A DNA stretch of 64,000 nt from Alphaproteobacteria bacterium UBA998 (GCA_002291925.1 DBAY01000057.1:5194-69193), one strand, 5' to 3'; positions 1 through 8,104 are shown, numbered from the stretch's first letter. Notes: generated from the letters alone by a model not told the origin. A program made the numbers and translations.

Positions 1-498
1 TTCATTTTCTACATCAATCCGGACGACCATCCCCCGGCGCATCTGCACGTCTTTACGCGCTACCCCAACAAGCCCGTCACCACCGCCCGGCTGGGCTTTG
101 TGAAGGAGGCGGACGGCGAAATGCATGTGGTGCCGTATTACTATTCCAACATGATCCTTCCGCCCCGCACCCTCAAGGCCGGCGCGGCTCCGCGATACAT
201 GGTGGGTGACCTGCCCGCGCGAAGTTATGCGGAGCGTTTCGACATCTCCCTGGAAAACCTCAACCTTGCCATTCTAGCCGCCAACGCCAACGCGGATCTG
301 CTGTTTGAGCGCTGGCAAGCAATGCAGCGGCAGGCAGAGCGCCCTAAGAACAGCCATCTTCTGGCCAATGCGTGCCCGGACACGCGTGTCTCCGCCATCG
401 GCGAGAACGAGCGGCTGGTGCGCGAGCCGCATTCCCCGCGCAAGGCGTCCACCAAGGGAGTCCAGGGACCGTCCGGCGCTTCGGCGCACGCCCTTTAA
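1..498 (+). CDS. DUF4160-like protein, 5' end cut by window edge
   Basis: Frame 1 is open from base 1. The translation FIFYINPDDHPPAHLHVF carries the DHxPPHxHV-type motif of DUF4160. The listed ORF 100..498 is the GTG-initiated tail of the same frame. Confidence 0.4.
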   Translation, partial: FIFYINPDDHPPAHLHVFTRYPNKPVTTARLGFVKEADGEMHVVPYYYSNMILPPRTLKAGAAPRYMVGDLPARSYAERFDISLENLNLAILAANANADLLFERWQAMQRQAERPKNSHLLANACPDTRVSAIGENERLVREPHSPRKASTKGVQGPSGASAHAL

Positions 499-563
499 CG
501 GCTTCTTTAGCATTTTGGTCTAGGTTTACCTATATAGATGGTAGCCACCCACTTTTGTGACCT

Positions 564-1823
564 ATGCACGCGACGCTTGAATCCATGGACAATCCCGCCC
601 TTTACCAGCTTCACGAACTGCACCGCGCCAGCGTGACGCCGCTGCGCATCTTTGCGCATGCCAGCAAGCATTTGAGCAGCAACCCGATGAATCCGCTGGC
701 TTATACCGGCCTCGGCCGCTCGATGGCCGCCGGGTTCGAGCTGCTCGAGCGCATCACCCAGCATTATGCCAAGCCGGAATTCGGCCTCACCCACACCACG
801 GTGGATGAGCACCATGTGACCGTGCAGGACCGTGTGGTCGCCGAGCGGCCTTTTTGCAAGCTGCTCTATTTCGATCGCGCCCTGAAGGATGAGCGCAAGA
901 AAAAAGACCCGAAAGTGTTGGTGGTGGCCCCCATGTCCGGCCATTACGCCACCCTGCTGCGCGGCACAGTGAAGGAGCTGCTGCCCTACGCTGAAGTCTA
1001 CATCACCGACTGGGCCAATGCCCGCGAGGTGCCCTATTTCAAGGGCGGCTTCGACCTTGATGACTACATCACCCATGTGATGGAGTTCATCCGCTTCATC
1101 GGGCGCGACGTGCATGTGATTGCCGTCTGCCAGCCCGCCGTGCCGGTGTTTCTCGCCACCGCGCTGATGAACGAGGACAAGGAGCCCTTCGCGCCCGCCT
1201 CCATGACGCTGATGGGCGGGCCCATCGACCCGCGCAAGGCGCCGACGCAGGTCAACCGTCTCGCCACCGAGAAGCCGCTCGACTGGTTCGAGCGTACCGT
1301 CATTACCCGCGTACCGTTCAATTATCCGGGCTTCATGCGCCGCGTCTATCCGGGCTTCCTGCAGCTTTCGGGCTTCATGCAGCTCAATCTGGAGCGTCAT
1401 GTGGGCGAGCATATCAAGCTGTTCCAGCACCTCGTGCAGGGCGATGGCGAATCCGCCGCCGCGCACCGGCGCTTCTATGACGAATATCTCTCCGTGGCCG
1501 ACCTGCCGGCGGAATTCTACCTGCAGACCATCGACAAGGTCTTCCAGCGACATCTGCTGCCGAAGAACCAGTTCGATTACCGCGGCCGCATCGTCGATGC
1601 CGGGGCCATCACGAAAACGGCCCTGCTCTGCGTGGAAGGCGAGAAGGACGATATCTCCGGCGTCGGCCAGACCAAGGCCGCCATCGGCCTGTGCAAGAAC
1701 CTGCCGGAATCCAAGAAACGCTACCACCTGCAAAAAGGCGTCGGCCATTACGGCATCTTCAACGGCCGCAACTACCGCGATAAGATCCTGCCGGTGATTC
1801 TGGAGCATATTCGCAACGCGTAG
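564..1823 (+). CDS. phaZ: intracellular polyhydroxyalkanoate (PHB) depolymerase
   Basis: 419 aa. The N-terminus ALYQLHELHRASVTPLRIFA and the overall length are typical of the intracellular PhaZ family (TIGR01849-type). Confidence 0.85.
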   Translation: MHATLESMDNPALYQLHELHRASVTPLRIFAHASKHLSSNPMNPLAYTGLGRSMAAGFELLERITQHYAKPEFGLTHTTVDEHHVTVQDRVVAERPFCKLLYFDRALKDERKKKDPKVLVVAPMSGHYATLLRGTVKELLPYAEVYITDWANAREVPYFKGGFDLDDYITHVMEFIRFIGRDVHVIAVCQPAVPVFLATALMNEDKEPFAPASMTLMGGPIDPRKAPTQVNRLATEKPLDWFERTVITRVPFNYPGFMRRVYPGFLQLSGFMQLNLERHVGEHIKLFQHLVQGDGESAAAHRRFYDEYLSVADLPAEFYLQTIDKVFQRHLLPKNQFDYRGRIVDAGAITKTALLCVEGEKDDISGVGQTKAAIGLCKNLPESKKRYHLQKGVGHYGIFNGRNYRDKILPVILEHIRNA

Positions 1824-1831
1824 TTTTTATG

Positions 1832-2035
1832 TTTGCCCCTTCTCCGCGCTTCCTGCGCTCCGCAATAGGCGACGCTCCGCTAGCTCATGGCTGACTCGCA
1901 AAACGCTCTGTCGGCGTTTCGCCTGTCCTCGACTAACACAGTCGTGTAGCCGTCATCCTGCGAGCCGAAGGCTGCGCAGGATCTCCATCATTACGCTCAG
2001 AGATTCCGGGCCCGCTTCGCGTCCCGGAATGACGG
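1832..2035. repeat. ~205-bp intergenic repeat element, copy 1 (3' half holds two hairpin units ending GGAATGAC)
   Basis: Aligns almost base for base with 59821..60026 in the same orientation. The 3' half recurs at 11719..11806 and, inverted, at 23405..23494. Confidence 0.85.
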
Positions 2036-2045
2036 GTGCCAACCC

Positions 2046-2327
2046 TTACGGTGCGGCAATCGAGAAGCGGCAATAGGTGAAGCCTTCGTTCCAGGCTTGT
2101 TTGTAGAGCTCGTTATTGCCCATTTCGGGGCGTTTGCGGAAGCCGTACATCATCTTGTACATGAAGCCGCCCTGCGCGGAGAGGCCGGTATCGCAGCCAT
2201 CCTGCCAGCCGAGCTGGTATTCCGGCGGGCCCGACGGGGTGACGTAATACAGATCCATCGGGCGGCAGGCGGCGGCGTACAGCGCCAACGTCAGAAAAGC
2301 CCAGCGAAGGAAGCGGGAAGCAGTCAT
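2046..2327 (-). CDS. small putative lipoprotein, unknown function
   Basis: MTASRFLRWAFLTLALYAAAC is a signal peptide with a lipobox-like LYAAAC. The start was moved to the internal ATG of ORF 2046..2360. Confidence 0.5.
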   Translation of the reverse strand: MTASRFLRWAFLTLALYAAACRPMDLYYVTPSGPPEYQLGWQDGCDTGLSAQGGFMYKMMYGFRKRPEMGNNELYKQAWNEGFTYCRFSIAAP

Positions 2328-2361
2328 ACCGTGCACTATACCACGCCAGCACACGGCCACC

Positions 2362-2378
2362 TCATGAAAATTTCATGA
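2362..2378. promoter_or_regulatory. perfect 17-bp palindrome TCATGAAA-A-TTTCATGA upstream of the lipoprotein gene (candidate operator)
   Basis: Palindrome read directly from the sequence. A related CATGAA-N3-TTCATG occurs at 29172..29186. Confidence 0.2.
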
Positions 2379-2407
2379 CGAAAACGTTGAAATTCCTCAC
2401 CAATGCA

Positions 2408-2617
2408 TCAGGCGGCGTGGCGAAAATCCGGCTCCCACCATTCCAGCTCCGGCCATTCCGCGACCGGCAGCCCATCATACTGGCGTAAATGGCGGAAAAT
2501 CGGGTCGTAGAGAATATCCTCCATCGGCGGCTCCACCCCGGCCTTATCGTATAGCATCGTCGTCTCCCATCTCTCCTTTTCGGGATAGCAAGCCTCGCAT
2601 TTGCTGTAAATACGCAA
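2408..2617 (-). CDS. small acidic hypothetical protein (weak call)
   Basis: An ORF fills the gap between coq7 and the lipoprotein gene. I recognise no family. Confidence 0.25.
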   Translation of the reverse strand: MRIYSKCEACYPEKERWETTMLYDKAGVEPPMEDILYDPIFRHLRQYDGLPVAEWPELEWWEPDFRHAA

Positions 2618-2657
2618 CGTAACATAACGACGATGCGTGGAATGCAGGCCTCGCGCA

Positions 2658-3191
2658 TCAAAGGCGCGTGGAGAGCCAGATGGCCGTGCGGGTCACGGTC
2701 TTGATGCCCTGGTGCAGCAGACTGTAGAGCGGCGCCTGCTCGGCCCCATGCTCCAGCCCGGTGGCGTGGTGCTCCATCTCGTCGGCGCGAAACTGGGCGA
2801 TGGTGTCGCGCAACGGGGCCTCCTCCACGGGCAGCCGCGCTTCCTGCGCCGCATAGTGCTCGTCGATGACCTCCTCCACCGCCACCGTGCAGGCCATGGC
2901 GGCTTTTTCGCCCATCAGCGCGGTCGCCGCGCCCAGCAGGAACCCGCCGACATGCCAGAACGGCAGCAGGGCCGTCGGGCGTACGCGGCGCTCCACCAGC
3001 AATGCCTCGAACGCCTGCAGATGCGCCTCCTCCTGCGCCTTCATGTGCGCGATGGTAGCGTGCGCCGGCCGCCCGCGCAGCACGGCAAGCTGGCCCTCAT
3101 AAATGCGCCGCGCGCCATACTCGCCCGCGTGGTTGACGCGGATCATGCGCGCGAGGTCGTCAGCGGGGGAGGGATCACCGGGCAGGCTCAT
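2658..3191 (-). CDS. coq7: demethoxyubiquinone hydroxylase (Coq7 family)
   Basis: MSLPGD...RVNHAGEYGA...AQEEAHL...RADEMEHH shows the di-iron carboxylate motifs of Coq7. The start was placed at the internal ATG of ORF 2658..3611. Confidence 0.85.
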   Translation of the reverse strand: MSLPGDPSPADDLARMIRVNHAGEYGARRIYEGQLAVLRGRPAHATIAHMKAQEEAHLQAFEALLVERRVRPTALLPFWHVGGFLLGAATALMGEKAAMACTVAVEEVIDEHYAAQEARLPVEEAPLRDTIAQFRADEMEHHATGLEHGAEQAPLYSLLHQGIKTVTRTAIWLSTRL

Positions 3192-3691
3192 GCAGACTCC
3201 ATGGGTTGACGCAGGAGATAGCGCATGACTGCCGCGCCGCCAAGGGCATAAAGCAGGTTCCAGCCCGCCATGGACAGGCCGAGGAAAGCGAAGGTCGTAT
3301 CCTTGCAGGAAACCAGCGCGGCCCCGTTCAGCTGTTCGCGCAGCGCGTCGATGCTGGTGGCGGTGGTGGCGCCGGAGCAGGCGCTCGGGCCCGCGATCCA
3401 CCCCTGCTCCACGCCCACATGGTAGGCTGCGATACCCGCATCGGCGAGAAACAGTCCCGCCGCCAGCAAAAGCAGCGGACGGCGCGGGCGCGGACGGCGG
3501 CGGGTAATCGCCTCGCCCGTCAGCCCAAGCGCCACGAGCGCAAGGTAGGGATAGCGCTGCAGCAGGCAGAGATCGCAGGGCTTCAGCCCGAAGCCATATT
3601 GCGACACCCACGCGCCGCCCAGCGCCGCCGCCGCCAGCAGCGCGGCCAGCGCCAGCGGGTGTCTATGAAAGAGTCCTGTAGACAGCATCAT
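3188..3691 (-). CDS. disulfide bond formation protein B-like (DsbB family)
   Basis: MMLSTGLF... has four hydrophobic segments with a CDLC pair and later Cys residues. The N-terminal part of listed ORF 3188..3874 overlaps a tRNA, so the start was moved to 3691. Its stop overlaps the coq7 start as ATGA. Confidence 0.7.
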   Translation of the reverse strand: MMLSTGLFHRHPLALAALLAAAALGGAWVSQYGFGLKPCDLCLLQRYPYLALVALGLTGEAITRRRPRPRRPLLLLAAGLFLADAGIAAYHVGVEQGWIAGPSACSGATTATSIDALREQLNGAALVSCKDTTFAFLGLSMAGWNLLYALGGAAVMRYLLRQPMESA

Positions 3692-3786
3692 GCCCGCATC
3701 ATAGCGCAGGGCGGGCCCAAACCCAAGCGCCGCGCCAAAATCATTGACGCATCCCCGCCGCTGCCTATGATACCGATTCCTTGCGT

Positions 3787-3873
3787 GCCCCTGTGGTGGA
3801 ATTGGTAGACGCGCTAGACTCAAAATCTTGTGTCCGCAAGGACGTGTCGGTTCGAGTCCGACCGGGGGCACCA
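3787..3873 (+). tRNA. tRNA-Leu (anticodon CAA)
   Basis: The cloverleaf was read by hand. The acceptor GCCCCTG pairs with CGGGGGC, the T arm is GTCGGTTCGAGTCCGAC, there is a long variable arm, the anticodon loop is CTCAAAA and CCA is encoded. The anticodon stem has one T:T mismatch. Confidence 0.85.
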
Positions 3874-4062
3874 TATGGAGTTTTATGAATAAAACGCCTC
3901 ACTGGTCATCTAGGGCTTGGCGTAATTTTTAGTCGCAAGGGACACTGGCGGGGCAGTTGCTGGCGAGTCCGTGCAGTGTTCTCCGGCTTCTGACAATAAA
4001 ATTGAAGACTTCAAAAAAGCGGGTGGGGCGGAAGGCCTCAGTATCCCAACGGTGTCCCACAA

Positions 4063-4216
4063 GTGTCCCAGACAGTCCGTATTCTTCCGTACACGCTCGC
4101 TATATTAAGGTTTCACAAGACTAATAATCTAACAGCTTACATGATTATTAAACGCTATGCACACCTATCTGAGGCTCACACCAGCCAAGTGGTGGCAGTG
4201 ATGAATGAAAGAATAT
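4063..4216 (+). pseudogene. C-terminal remnant of a tyrosine recombinase (phage-type integrase), truncated
   Basis: The translation ...LRFHKTNNLTAYMIIKRYAHLSEAHTSQVV resembles the LGH...RYAHL catalytic-Tyr end of integrases. There is no room for the rest of the gene upstream. The frame runs into the IS left end at 4217. Confidence 0.5.
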
Positions 4217-4937
4217 GGGGCTGGCATAGATGTTTAGAACATATATGCTGGCAAGATGGACTTAAGGTATTAAAGAATAAGCGCAAACAAGCGGATCAAG
4301 CTGCTTGAATTTTTTGTTGGTGGCGCGACGGCTCGAACCGCTGCGGAAATGGCTGGCGTCAATCGCAATACAGCACGGCTGTTTTTCCATCGACTGCGGG
4401 TTATTATTGCCGAAGAACAAGAGAAACTATCGCCGTTTGTGGATGGCGAAGTCGAGGTAGATGAGAGTTATTTTGGCGGAAGACGTAAAGGCAAGCGTGG
4501 CCGTGGCGCTGCAGGAAAAGTCCCGGTGTTCGGGCTGCTCAAGCGTGGCGGCAAGGTGTACACGCAGGTAATTCCAGATGCCAAGGCTGCAACACTCATA
4601 CCCATCATTAAAAACCGTATCGCCCCGGATTCTATCGTCTACAGCGACTCCCTGCCGAGCTATAACGTGCTGGATGTCTCGGACTTCAGACATTACCGTA
4701 TCAATCACAGCAGGCTATTCGCGGATAAGAAAAATCACATCAACGGCATCGAGAATTTCTGGAACCAGGCCAAGCGGCATATGCGCCAGTTCAACGGTGT
4801 CCCAAAGCAAAACTTCAATCTTTTCCTGAAAGAATGCGAGTTCAGGTTCAATAACCCCTCGCCAAAAAAGCAGTTACAGCTACTCAAGCAATGGATAAAA
4901 TCAAGGCAGATCTAACCCAAACATCTATGCCAGCCCC
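4217..4937 (+). mobile_element. IS1595-family insertion sequence (IS1016-like), 721 bp
   Basis: Perfect 19-bp terminal inverted repeats: GGGGCTGGCATAGATGTTT at 4217..4235 and its reverse complement at 4919..4937. They enclose an ISXO2/IS1016-type transposase ORF. No clear target-site duplication is seen. Confidence 0.85.
4349..4915 (+). CDS. IS1595/IS1016-type DDE transposase (N-terminal HTH region lies upstream without a usable start codon)
   Basis: ...DESYFGGRRKGKRGRGAAGKVPVFGLLKRGGKVYT...HINGIENFWNQAKRH... is the diagnostic core. The same frame upstream reads RISANKRIKLLEFFVGGATARTAAE after a TAA. Confidence 0.85.
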   Translation: MAGVNRNTARLFFHRLRVIIAEEQEKLSPFVDGEVEVDESYFGGRRKGKRGRGAAGKVPVFGLLKRGGKVYTQVIPDAKAATLIPIIKNRIAPDSIVYSDSLPSYNVLDVSDFRHYRINHSRLFADKKNHINGIENFWNQAKRHMRQFNGVPKQNFNLFLKECEFRFNNPSPKKQLQLLKQWIKSRQI

Positions 4938-4988
4938 TTATATTAAAATCCCTGTGCGTGAACTCTTCGGGGATACGGGGGAGTAAAA

Positions 4989-5064
4989 TGGTGCCCAGAG
5001 CCGGAATCGAACCAGCGACACAGGGATTTTCAATCCCTTGCTCTACCAACTGAGCTATCTGGGC
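4989..5064 (-). tRNA. tRNA-Phe (anticodon GAA)
   Basis: The reverse complement is GCCCAGATAGCTCAGTTGGTAGAGCAAGGGATTGAAAATCCCTGTGTCGCTGGTTCGATTCCGGCTCTGGGCACCA. It forms a canonical 76-nt cloverleaf. Confidence 0.9.
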
Positions 5065-5132
5065 ACTCCGCCTTGGCGGCTGGAAGTGGCGTTATAGCCA
5101 AAGCCGCCGATGCTGTCCAGCAGAGATGATGC

Positions 5133-5309
5133 TTAGCCTTCGTCCGGCGAGAAGTCCTCGGGATCGGGGATGTCATCTTCCTCCATCACCGGCACGGCGT
5201 AGCGGCCCGTGAACCAGCGGCCGAGGTCGAGATCGGCACAGCGCGTGGAGCAGAACGGCGCGGTTTTTGGGTCCGAGGCCTTATCGCAGACGGGGCAGAG
5301 GGATTTCAT
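5133..5309 (-). CDS. yacG: DNA gyrase inhibitor YacG (zinc-ribbon protein)
   Basis: MKSLCPVCDK...PFCSTRCADLDLGRWF carries the YacG signature. This is the 58-aa tail of listed ORF 5133..5795. Its start overlaps the trhO stop as ATGA. Confidence 0.75.
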   Translation of the reverse strand: MKSLCPVCDKASDPKTAPFCSTRCADLDLGRWFTGRYAVPVMEEDDIPDPEDFSPDEG

Positions 5310-6142
5310 GCATTGGAAGGTGGGTAGGTTTCGCAATAGGGACAAGAGGTGTCCGCCACATAGGTAGGGTGCGCGCGGTCTTCGGGCGTGAGCGGGTGGC
5401 CGCAGGCGGCGCACATGGTGATGGTGGCGTCCGGCGCGAGGCCGTGGCCGACGGCGAGGCGTTCGTCGAACACGTAGCAACTGCCGCGCCACAAGCTTTG
5501 CTCGGCGGGGATTTTCTCGAGATAGTTCAGGATACCGCCCTCGAGGTGATAGACTTCCTCGAACCCCTGCTCGCGCAGCCAGGCGGTGTATTTTTCGCAG
5601 CGTATGCCGCCGGTGCAGAAGCTGGCGACGCGCTTGTGTTTTTCGGGGTCGTAATGCTCGCGCGTGAAGGCGGGGAGCTGGGTGAATTTGCGCGTGTTGG
5701 GGTCGACGGCGCCTTGGAACGTGCCGAGGTGCGCCTCGTAGCTGTTGCGCGCATCGATGAGGACGACGTCGGGAGAGGAAATCAGCGCGTTCCATGCTTC
5801 CGGCGGTACGTAGGTGCCAACACCATTTTCGGGATGGGCCGGCTCGCCGAGCGAGATGAGTTCCTTCTTCAGTTTCACCTTGGCGCGGCCAAAGGGCAGG
5901 GCTTCATGCTGGCTCGTCTTGATGGTGAGCGGTGCGATGCCGGGGATGGTTTGCAGCAAGGCGTGGAGCGCCTTCAATGCGGCAGGCTCCCCGGAGACGG
6001 TGGCGTTCAGCCCTTCCTCGGCGAGCAGGATGCTGCCCTTGATGCCCTCGCGTTCCATGCAGGTGAGCAGGGGAACCTTCCAGTCATGGTAAGTGGGGAA
6101 GGGGAAGAACTGATAAAATGTCTGGATGGTGTAGGAGGCCAT
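5306..6142 (-). CDS. trhO: rhodanese-domain tRNA uridine(34) hydroxylase (UPF0176/YceA family)
   Basis: Contains the CTGGIRCEK rhodanese active-site loop and a C-terminal Cys cluster. The start was placed at MASYTIQTFYQF. Confidence 0.8.
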   Translation of the reverse strand: MASYTIQTFYQFFPFPTYHDWKVPLLTCMEREGIKGSILLAEEGLNATVSGEPAALKALHALLQTIPGIAPLTIKTSQHEALPFGRAKVKLKKELISLGEPAHPENGVGTYVPPEAWNALISSPDVVLIDARNSYEAHLGTFQGAVDPNTRKFTQLPAFTREHYDPEKHKRVASFCTGGIRCEKYTAWLREQGFEEVYHLEGGILNYLEKIPAEQSLWRGSCYVFDERLAVGHGLAPDATITMCAACGHPLTPEDRAHPTYVADTSCPYCETYPPSNA

Positions 6143-6181
6143 GCGCCTTTTTAGCAAAGCCACGCAATAGGTAAAAGCAGC

Positions 6182-7279
6182 TTAATGCATCCGCCCCGCA
6201 GGTACTGGCGCCATGGCGTTCCCTATTGCCATAGCACGTTCCGCTTCCAGGCGTGCTCGCCAGCCGGCGCTAGGAACCTGTTGCCCATGCAAGCGCCCCA
6301 GAGCGGCGATTTGCTCACGGTGCAGCGCGTCGGCCTGCGGTCCCAGTGCGCTGGAAGGAATAGCTGCCGGCGGCTCCTGCAGGCCCAGCGCCCGCTGACG
6401 ATCGGCCACCAGCTGCTGGCGGGCCAACGTCACGGCTTTATCAAGCATCTCACCGTGATCATCGCGGATATTGATGTGCTTTTTTTGACCATTCACCATG
6501 ACATTTGCATGATAACGTGAGATAGAGCTTCCAAACTTCTGTTTCGGCGTCTCCGGGTGATACTCGATATCCTTAGCGTTCACCCAAACCAGCTCCGCCA
6601 CGTCATCTTTGGGGGTGAGCTTTGGAATATTTCCGCTGTTTCCCGTCATATTGACATGAAAATACTCATTTACCGTATGAGTCTTTGGATTGTTACTGAC
6701 ACCATAACTACTGTCAGCCCCAAGACTTTTCGGCTGGTAGCTTGCAGGAAGTGTAAGTCCGGTTTCCTCTTTCAGCTCACGCAGCGCGGTAGCGCACAGG
6801 TTGTTATCAGAGGGACGAGTAGTACCTGAGCCAAGGGGGGCGTGGGCTTCCATGTAACCGCCAACCATGATCAATTCATCTTTCAGACCAAGTTCCGGCT
6901 TTGCAGGGTTTTTGTATTTGCGGGCGAGCAACACATAAACATCGTGTGTATCTTCGGCACCATAGGTGACGGCCACCGTCGAACCAGCGGTCATGGAGGG
7001 ATAGGGGCGGGTATAAAGCGTTGAGGCGTCCGCTCCGTCAGGCATTGCCGCATTGTTTTGCGTGTAGGGATTATGGAATGCTGCGCCGAACATATCCCGG
7101 CCTTTGGGCATATCGTAAGCGAGGGAAGTTATCAGCGCCTCGCGCAATTTGTCTACCTCAGGCGCACGATTCACGATGCTTCGTATGCTCTCATACAGAT
7201 CGCGCGTAGGGTCGGCGAGGACGGCGCCCATCTGCGAGTGGGCGGACTGCATGGCAAGGGGAGCGGCATTTGGCGTCAT
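6182..7279 (-). CDS. atypical Nudix-fold protein with long N- and C-terminal extensions
   Basis: GGYMEAH...ATALRELKEETGL resembles a Nudix box with an insertion. 365 aa. The sequence is visibly AT-richer than its neighbours. Confidence 0.55.
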   Translation of the reverse strand: MTPNAAPLAMQSAHSQMGAVLADPTRDLYESIRSIVNRAPEVDKLREALITSLAYDMPKGRDMFGAAFHNPYTQNNAAMPDGADASTLYTRPYPSMTAGSTVAVTYGAEDTHDVYVLLARKYKNPAKPELGLKDELIMVGGYMEAHAPLGSGTTRPSDNNLCATALRELKEETGLTLPASYQPKSLGADSSYGVSNNPKTHTVNEYFHVNMTGNSGNIPKLTPKDDVAELVWVNAKDIEYHPETPKQKFGSSISRYHANVMVNGQKKHINIRDDHGEMLDKAVTLARQQLVADRQRALGLQEPPAAIPSSALGPQADALHREQIAALGRLHGQQVPSAGWRARLEAERAMAIGNAMAPVPAGRMH

Positions 7280-7349
7280 AACTCTTTAGTTGTAGCAATT
7301 CCGGACGGGATGGACACGTGAAGATTCTGTGACAAGCCAAGGCGTGGCT

Positions 7350-8054
7350 TTAAATAAGTCCATGACTTTTAAAAGAGTAGTGGCCCTTGCTTGCCACGAT
7401 GACATGGTCATGCACGCGGATATTGAAGGGTTTGGCGGCTTCCATCACCAGCTTGGTCATCTCGATATCGTCCTTGCTAGGGCTGGAATTGCCGCTCGGG
7501 TGGTTATGGACGAGAATGATGGCTGTGGCGCCATGCTCCAGCGCGCGCTTGATGATTTCGCGGGGATAGACGGGCGTGTGATCCACCGTGCCGCGCTGCT
7601 GCACCTCATCGGCGATGAGCGCATTGCCGCGATTGAGGAAAAGCACGCGGAACTCCTCGATTTTCTTCTCCGCCATGGTCAGGCGGCAGTAATCGAGCAG
7701 GGCGGTCCAGGACTGGATGATCGGCTTGTCGTCCATCCCTTGGCGCAGCATCAGCTCGGCGGCGGCTTCCACGGTGCGCAGCGCCGCCACGACGGCCTCG
7801 CCAACGCCTTCCACCTCCATCAACGCCGAGGGCGAAGCCTTCACCGCGCCCGCGAAGCTGCCGAAGCGCTTGATGAGCGCCTTGGCCAGCGGCTTCACAT
7901 CGCCGCGCGGCTTGGCGGCAAACAGCACCAGCTCCAGCATTTCATAATCCGCCACCGCCGCGAGGCCGCCCTTCAGGAAGCGCTCACGCAGGCGCTGGCG
8001 GTGTCCGGCGGTCAGGTCGAGGGCGGGCGCATTCATGCGGAAAGTGCTTTCCAT
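7350..8054 (-). CDS. radC: RadC-family JAB/MPN domain protein
   Basis: HRQRLRERF...ELLELVL-like N-terminus and the [18 protein letters not shown] motif. An alternative start lies at 8036. Confidence 0.85.
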   Translation of the reverse strand: MESTFRMNAPALDLTAGHRQRLRERFLKGGLAAVADYEMLELVLFAAKPRGDVKPLAKALIKRFGSFAGAVKASPSALMEVEGVGEAVVAALRTVEAAAELMLRQGMDDKPIIQSWTALLDYCRLTMAEKKIEEFRVLFLNRGNALIADEVQQRGTVDHTPVYPREIIKRALEHGATAIILVHNHPSGNSSPSKDDIEMTKLVMEAAKPFNIRVHDHVIVASKGHYSFKSHGLI

Positions 8055-8104
8055 TCAGGAGGGTTTTCGCTATCTTCCCGCCTTTCCTGAAAGGGCCCAT
8101 CACT

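Noticed and set aside
507-1808. 433-aa minus-strand ORF opposite phaZ
   Set aside because: Antisense shadow ORF. The plus-strand PhaZ call is well supported.
3692-3874. N-terminal extension of ORF 3188..3874 (MVPPVGLEPTRP...)
   Set aside because: It is the reverse translation of tRNA-Leu(CAA). The DsbB-like gene starts at 3691.
5310-5795. Upstream part of ORF 5133..5795 (Arg/Pro-rich)
   Set aside because: It overlaps trhO in another frame. Only the last 58 codons (YacG) look genuine.
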